From Pedosphaera sp. (lineage in GTDB: Bacteria; Verrucomicrobiota; Verrucomicrobiia; Limisphaerales; SIBH01), in NCBI GenBank assembly GCA_031414955.1, contig JANOQV010000072.1, positions 1 through 10,262 on the forward strand: a DNA stretch of 10,262 nt, read 5' to 3'. A program made the position numbers and the translations under genes. Of this stretch, positions 6,474-10,262 are shown piece by piece. Every line of letters starts with the position of its first letter. Positions within the stretch are counted from its first letter, which is position 1. The notes under the pieces were generated by a model, which saw nothing but the letters and a program-made list of their open reading frames with translations, had not been told where the DNA came from and made no database searches.

Positions 6474-7772
6474 TTACTTCGGTCCTTCATCAGCATTCAC
6501 CGACACGACCACGTAGTTGCGCTTGCCCTTGCGCAGGAGGAGATGCCGTCCGAACAGCAGATCGGCGGTGGTCACGGCGCGCTGGGCATTGGCCTCGCGC
6601 AGGTTGTTGATGCTGATGCCGCCCTGCTCGATGTCCTTGCGCGCCTGGCCCTTGGAGGTGGAAAGCCCGGCATGGACAAGCAGGTCCAAGAGCAGCAGAC
6701 CGGCGCCGTCGAGTTGAGTTTTGGCAATCTCCTTGGAGGGAACTTCGCCGATGAGATCGTTGAAGGTGCGCTCGCCAATGCCCTCCAGCCCGCCGCCGAA
6801 GAGCACTTCGCTGGCGCGCAGGGCGTCGTCCGCCGCCGTCGCGCCGTGGACGAGCGTGGTGAGTTCGCGGGCGAGGAACTTGTGCGGGGCGCGCGCGCCG
6901 GGATTGGCCGTGTGCTGCTGCTCCAACTCGGCCACCTGCGCCTGATCGGCGAAGGAGAGCATCTTGAGAATCTTGATCACGTCCGAGTCCTCGAGCTGGA
7001 TGAAGAACTGGTAGAAGCGATATGGGCTGGTCTTCTTGGCATCGAGATAGACGGCGCCGCTGGCGGTCTTGCCATACTTGGTGCCGTCAGCCTTGGTCAT
7101 GAGCGGGAAGACAAGCCCCCAGACCGTGGCCCCAAGCTTCTTGCGACAAAGGTCGGTGCCGGCGGTGATGTTGCCCCACTGATCGGTCGCGCCGACTTGC
7201 AGCTCGCAGTTGACCTCCTGGCGCAGGTGACAAAAGTCGAAGGACTGCAAGAGCATGTAGCTGAACTCGGTGTAGCTGATGCCCACCTCGCGGTCCTCCA
7301 TGCGCGCGCGCACGGACTCCTTCTGAATCATCTGGTTGACCGTGAAGTGCTTGCCGATGTCGCGCAGGAAATCGATGAAGGTGACGCCGCTGGTCCAGCT
7401 CGCATTATCCACGAGCCGCGCCGGGTTGGTCGTGGTTTCAAAGTCGAGCAACGAGGCGAGCTGCTGCTTGATGGACGCGATGTTGTGGTCGAGCAACTCG
7501 CGGGTGAGCAGTTGCCGTTCGGCCGACTTGCCGCTCGGATCGCCGATGCAGCCGGTCGCCCCGCCCGCCACGGCGATAGGAACATGTCCGGCCAGTTGAA
7601 AGCGCCGCAGGGCGAGCAGGGGCACGAGATTGCCGACGTGCAGCGAGTCCGAGGTCGGATCAAAACCGGCGTAGAGCGTGATGGGCCCGGCGGCCAGCCG
7701 CTTCGAGAGGGCTTCCAGATCGGTGCAGTCCGCCAGCAGTCCGCGCCATTGCAGTTCGGAGATGATGTCCAT
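6474..7772 (-). CDS. tyrS: Tyrosine--tRNA ligase (432 aa from ATG 7772)
   Basis: YAGFDPTSDSLHVGN (HIGH-like), ISYTEFSYMLLQSFDF, LQVGATDQWGNI, KYGKT (KMSKS-like), SPYRFYQFF and a C-terminal S4 domain (SKGQARKDIEQGGISIN...LRKGKRNY). TyrS-like sequence begins at MDIISELQWRG. Confidence 0.99.
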   Translation of the reverse strand: MDIISELQWRGLLADCTDLEALSKRLAAGPITLYAGFDPTSDSLHVGNLVPLLALRRFQLAGHVPIAVAGGATGCIGDPSGKSAERQLLTRELLDHNIASIKQQLASLLDFETTTNPARLVDNASWTSGVTFIDFLRDIGKHFTVNQMIQKESVRARMEDREVGISYTEFSYMLLQSFDFCHLRQEVNCELQVGATDQWGNITAGTDLCRKKLGATVWGLVFPLMTKADGTKYGKTASGAVYLDAKKTSPYRFYQFFIQLEDSDVIKILKMLSFADQAQVAELEQQHTANPGARAPHKFLARELTTLVHGATAADDALRASEVLFGGGLEGIGERTFNDLIGEVPSKEIAKTQLDGAGLLLLDLLVHAGLSTSKGQARKDIEQGGISINNLREANAQRAVTTADLLFGRHLLLRKGKRNYVVVSVNADEGPK

Positions 7773-7782
7773 TCGCGACTGT

Positions 7783-7811
7783 GTTATCGCGAGCCAAGCC
7801 GCGTGGCTCAA
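7783..7811 (-). promoter_or_regulatory. Putative sigma70-type promoter for tyrS
   Basis: Minus strand TTGAGC (7811-7806), 17 nt spacer, GATAAC (7788-7783), 10 nt before the ATG. No SD sequence, consistent with a very short leader. Confidence 0.35.
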
Positions 7812-7867
7812 GGTGAAAGCGCGGAACGCGGGCGGAGCGGTCGCAGCGCGCCCCCCTTCCGTTTTGC

Positions 7868-10054
7868 TCACATCTGCGAGCGGTTTTTCGGAATGTATTT
7901 CGTCTTGCTGCCCGAGCCGCCTCCCCGAGCCGCGATGACGACACCGACGATTACCCCCACCATTACCAGTCCGCCCAGCGCGAAGAGGAAGTAGCGCATC
8001 CCGCTTCTTCGGGTGGCCCCGCCTTTGTTGCGCGCCAGGCTGGCCACCTGAGCTTCGAGGCTCGGCGGTTGTTCGCCCCAGAAGGCCAGCAGCGAGTAAC
8101 CGCTCACCTGCCGCATCTCGTCCCCGATGGCTTCGTAGAGGTTCTTCAATTCCTCCGCCGTCTCAGACATGTAGCTTTGGCTGTGCGTGGCCAGAGCCAC
8201 ATGTTCCATCATGCGGCGGGGCGTGGTGCCGAGCTTGTCCGCCAGCAGATCCATCTCGTTGCCGAAACCCACAGTGTAGAGGCGCACTTTGCGCGCCTCG
8301 ACCAGCTTCCAGAAGTTCGGGTAGCTCGTCTTGCTCGCCGAGTCGCTTCCATCCGTCATCACGATCATGGCGCGGTTGCCGGAAACTTTCTCGAGCAACT
8401 TGGTTCCCGCGTCCACGGCATCGAAGAGCGCGGTGCCCTTGCCGACTTGAAATTTCGCGGCCACGGCCTCCTTGAGCTTGGGCTGCTCGCTGGTGAACTC
8501 AGGCAGGAGCACTTCCTGTTTGGTGTCGAAGCGGATGAGGTTCACCAGCACGGACGGGCGCAGGTTGTCCACGAAACCTTCCACAGCCGTGCGCAGGTTG
8601 GTCATGCTTTTGGTCATGCTGCTGCTGGCGTCATAGACGATGAGCAGCGAGGTGGGCGGCTCGAAGACGCGCAGGCCGTAGGAGCCGTTCGTCACGGGGA
8701 ACTTGAGGATGGCGCTCTGGCCCTCGGAATTGGTCGGATCGAAACGTGCGATCTCGCGCCCGTCCTGGTGCAGCGTGAGCGAAGTGCGGATGTAAGGACG
8801 GCCCTGCAACTCAATGCTGACCTCGGGAAATTTTGGCTTCTCGATTTCGAGGGTGAAGAAATCCTCGTCGCCCAGCGGCTTGATCTGCCCGCCCAAGGGA
8901 CTCTCGAGGAAGAGCAGGCCCGCCTGGTCGGCCGTGTTGTTCGGCTCGGCTTCGGCGTCGCCTTCGATGGTGGTGAGGTTGGTCGCGGACGCCGCGCCCT
9001 CCGGTCCGGCCAGCACGGATTGGTAACCGGCTTCGGTGCCCTCGATGATTTTCACCTCGCCCAGGCTGGTGTTTTTGCCGCCGTGATTTTCGGTGATGGC
9101 GACCTTCACGAAACGCGCGCGACGGCCAATGGGGATTTCCACCTCCTGGCCCTCCCTTTCGATCTGGAACTCACCCGCTTCCTCGAATCCTTCGAGCGGC
9201 GTCTTGAGCGAGATGAGTATTTTCCCGCGGCGCGCCATCGTGTTGGTCGCATGATTGCTCTTGGGCGCGAGCACGACGCGCTCGATAAGCGCCTCCCGGT
9301 CCCCGCGAAAGGCAAACACGAGGTCGGCCTTGCGCGTGGCTGAGTCGGTGTGCCAGCCGCGGTTCTGGCCATCGAGCAGCCAGGCGGCGTCGTTGGCTGG
9401 TTCAGTGAAGAGAGCGACGGCCCCGCCATTCCCCGCTGCGGCGATGTTGAGCGGACGGCCTTCGAGCACCGAAGGCTGGCCCGGTTCCTCGTAGGCTTCG
9501 ATCTCGCCAAATTGCACCGGTGCTCCATAGGTGGATTTGAAACGCACGCGCAAGAACCGCGCGGCGGCGGGGAAGAAAGTGACCATCTGGCGACCGGCCT
9601 TCTTGTGCAGCTCCGCGCCAGCGACTTTCTTGAAGGCCGCGTCCTGCATGGTCAGCCCCACCGCGATCTCGACTTCGCGCGGCACCTGGTCGGGCTGGCG
9701 GCCGGTGTCCTTGGTCAAGGTGTCGATGACCACGCGGTCCAGCGTGGCGGTGCGTCCGCCGTAAAAGGAGAACACGATGTCCTGCGGCCACTGTTTGGCC
9801 GCCGCGCGCCATTCGGTGGAATAGCCATCGTTGATGTTGGGCGCGAATTTGGGGTCGGCCACCGGATTGATCTGCTCGACCTTTCCGCCGTTGGCCTGCA
9901 GCACGATGTTCGCGCTGCGCGGCGCGTTGGGGCTGGAAATGATCTCTGATCCACTGGCGGCGCGCAGTGGAAACGAGGAGGGCAGCATCAAAGCCAGCAG
10001 CCACCACGGCAGTTGCCGGACACGCCACCGGAGTAATTCATTGCAGGGTTTCAT
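7868..10054 (-). CDS. Secreted, C-terminally membrane-anchored protein: 2x discoidin/F5-8C (galactose-binding-like) + PPC-like + VWA domain
   Basis: Signal-like N-terminus (RWRVRQLPWWLLALMLPSSFPLRA). Two internal repeats (NI..ANGG...DG...W...ARF.RV...GE[IV]). EAEPNNT...DEDFF PPC-like motif. VWA with intact MIDAS (YDASSS, GTALFDA, MTDG). TM segment YFLFALGGLVMVGVIVGVVIAA followed by a basic tail. The start is either ATG 10069 or ATG 10054; 10054 is preferred because 10069 overlaps the predicted -10 box. Confidence 0.85.
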   Translation of the reverse strand: MKPCNELLRWRVRQLPWWLLALMLPSSFPLRAASGSEIISSPNAPRSANIVLQANGGKVEQINPVADPKFAPNINDGYSTEWRAAAKQWPQDIVFSFYGGRTATLDRVVIDTLTKDTGRQPDQVPREVEIAVGLTMQDAAFKKVAGAELHKKAGRQMVTFFPAAARFLRVRFKSTYGAPVQFGEIEAYEEPGQPSVLEGRPLNIAAAGNGGAVALFTEPANDAAWLLDGQNRGWHTDSATRKADLVFAFRGDREALIERVVLAPKSNHATNTMARRGKILISLKTPLEGFEEAGEFQIEREGQEVEIPIGRRARFVKVAITENHGGKNTSLGEVKIIEGTEAGYQSVLAGPEGAASATNLTTIEGDAEAEPNNTADQAGLLFLESPLGGQIKPLGDEDFFTLEIEKPKFPEVSIELQGRPYIRTSLTLHQDGREIARFDPTNSEGQSAILKFPVTNGSYGLRVFEPPTSLLIVYDASSSMTKSMTNLRTAVEGFVDNLRPSVLVNLIRFDTKQEVLLPEFTSEQPKLKEAVAAKFQVGKGTALFDAVDAGTKLLEKVSGNRAMIVMTDGSDSASKTSYPNFWKLVEARKVRLYTVGFGNEMDLLADKLGTTPRRMMEHVALATHSQSYMSETAEELKNLYEAIGDEMRQVSGYSLLAFWGEQPPSLEAQVASLARNKGGATRRSGMRYFLFALGGLVMVGVIVGVVIAARGGGSGSKTKYIPKNRSQM

Positions 10055-10067
10055 TTGGGCTGGGGCC

Positions 10068-10095
10068 ATTATCCCGAAAACCGGCCCGGCCGCAA
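10068..10095 (-). promoter_or_regulatory. Putative sigma70-type promoter for the VWA gene
   Basis: Minus strand TTGCGG (10095-10090), 16 nt spacer, GATAAT (10073-10068; 5/6 match to TATAAT), 13 nt upstream of ATG 10054. Confidence 0.45.
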
Positions 10096-10123
10096 TGCAC
10101 AGGTTCAGTGAATGCCGGTGCCC

Positions 10124-10262
10124 GGGTGCATCCGTACACCGTTCTTAATTAGGCGGGTTGCCAGAGTTGATCCCAATGGTGGTTGCGGCGGGCTTCGTCG
10201 AGGGCGAGCAGAGCGCGCAAGCCGGGCCGCGTCCAAAATTGTCCGGCCCGCTTGAAGCGGCA
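10124..10262 (-). mobile_element. Right end of an IS (ISKra4/ISLre2-like, prokaryotic Mutator-type), partial
   Basis: The transposase-like C-terminus is followed 25 nt after its stop by ...GGATGCACCC, i.e. GGGTGCATCC from 10124 on the plus strand. This resembles the GGG-starting terminal IRs I associate with this group. The other IR is outside the window. Confidence 0.6.
10149..10262 (-). CDS. Transposase C-terminal fragment (ISKra4/UPF0236-like), 5' part outside the window
   Basis: Manual translation: ...CRFKRAGQFWTRPGLRALLALDEARRNHHWDQLWQPA*. Fits the pattern RxKxxGxxWxxxGxxxLLxLxxxxxNxxWDxxW that follows the catalytic Glu in ISKra4/ISLre2 transposases. Only 37 aa are visible. Confidence 0.72.
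   Translation of the reverse strand, partial: CRFKRAGQFWTRPGLRALLALDEARRNHHWDQLWQPA

Noticed and set aside
7773..7871. 33 aa N-terminal extension of TyrS from a GTG overlapping the VWA gene stop (GTGA)
   Set aside because: TyrS-like sequence starts at Met 7772 and the extension contains a plausible promoter. Translational coupling cannot be fully excluded without proteomics.
6216..7994. 592 aa plus-strand ORF exactly antisense and in codon register with tyrS (tempting as a Rodin-Ohno sense/antisense pair)
   Set aside because: High-GC genes avoid TTA/CTA/TCA, which leaves the in-register antisense frame open. I recognise no class II synthetase motifs or other domain in it.
7868..8030. C-terminal TM plus basic tail as a PEP-CTERM, GlyGly-CTERM or LPXTG sorting signal
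   Set aside because: No VPEP or LPxTG motif, the GG is not directly adjacent to the TM, and the tail is longer than typical. Treated as a plain TM anchor.
5621..10054. Idea that the S2P protease and the TM-anchored VWA protein form a regulated intramembrane proteolysis system, or that this S2P is the rseP usually next to bamA
   Set aside because: The two genes are separated by tyrS and a REP pair. The VWA protein has only a short cytoplasmic tail and no sigma/anti-sigma gene is in the window. The protease lacks PDZ domains and is convergent with bamA, so it is not RseP.

Overview
GC-rich bacterial chromosome, mostly housekeeping genes; the protein style and repeat families suggest Verrucomicrobiota (inference only). 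Left to right: the 5' end of uvrA (minus strand, missed by the ORF track), divergent from a dnaB-bamA-skp cluster; a ~520 bp intergenic region of nested inverted repeats; then on the minus strand an M50 site-2 protease, an inverted REP pair, tyrS, and a ~730 aa secreted, C-terminally anchored protein (2x discoidin-like + PPC-like + VWA/MIDAS). At the right edge is the 3' end and probable terminal IR of an ISKra4/ISLre2-like transposase (also missed by the ORF track). I see no CRISPR array, tRNA or rRNA, and no convincing evidence of a complete new multi-gene system. The best leads are the VWA protein's architecture, a 30 bp palindrome just upstream of uvrA, the nested repeat element after skp, and two insertions in BamA.
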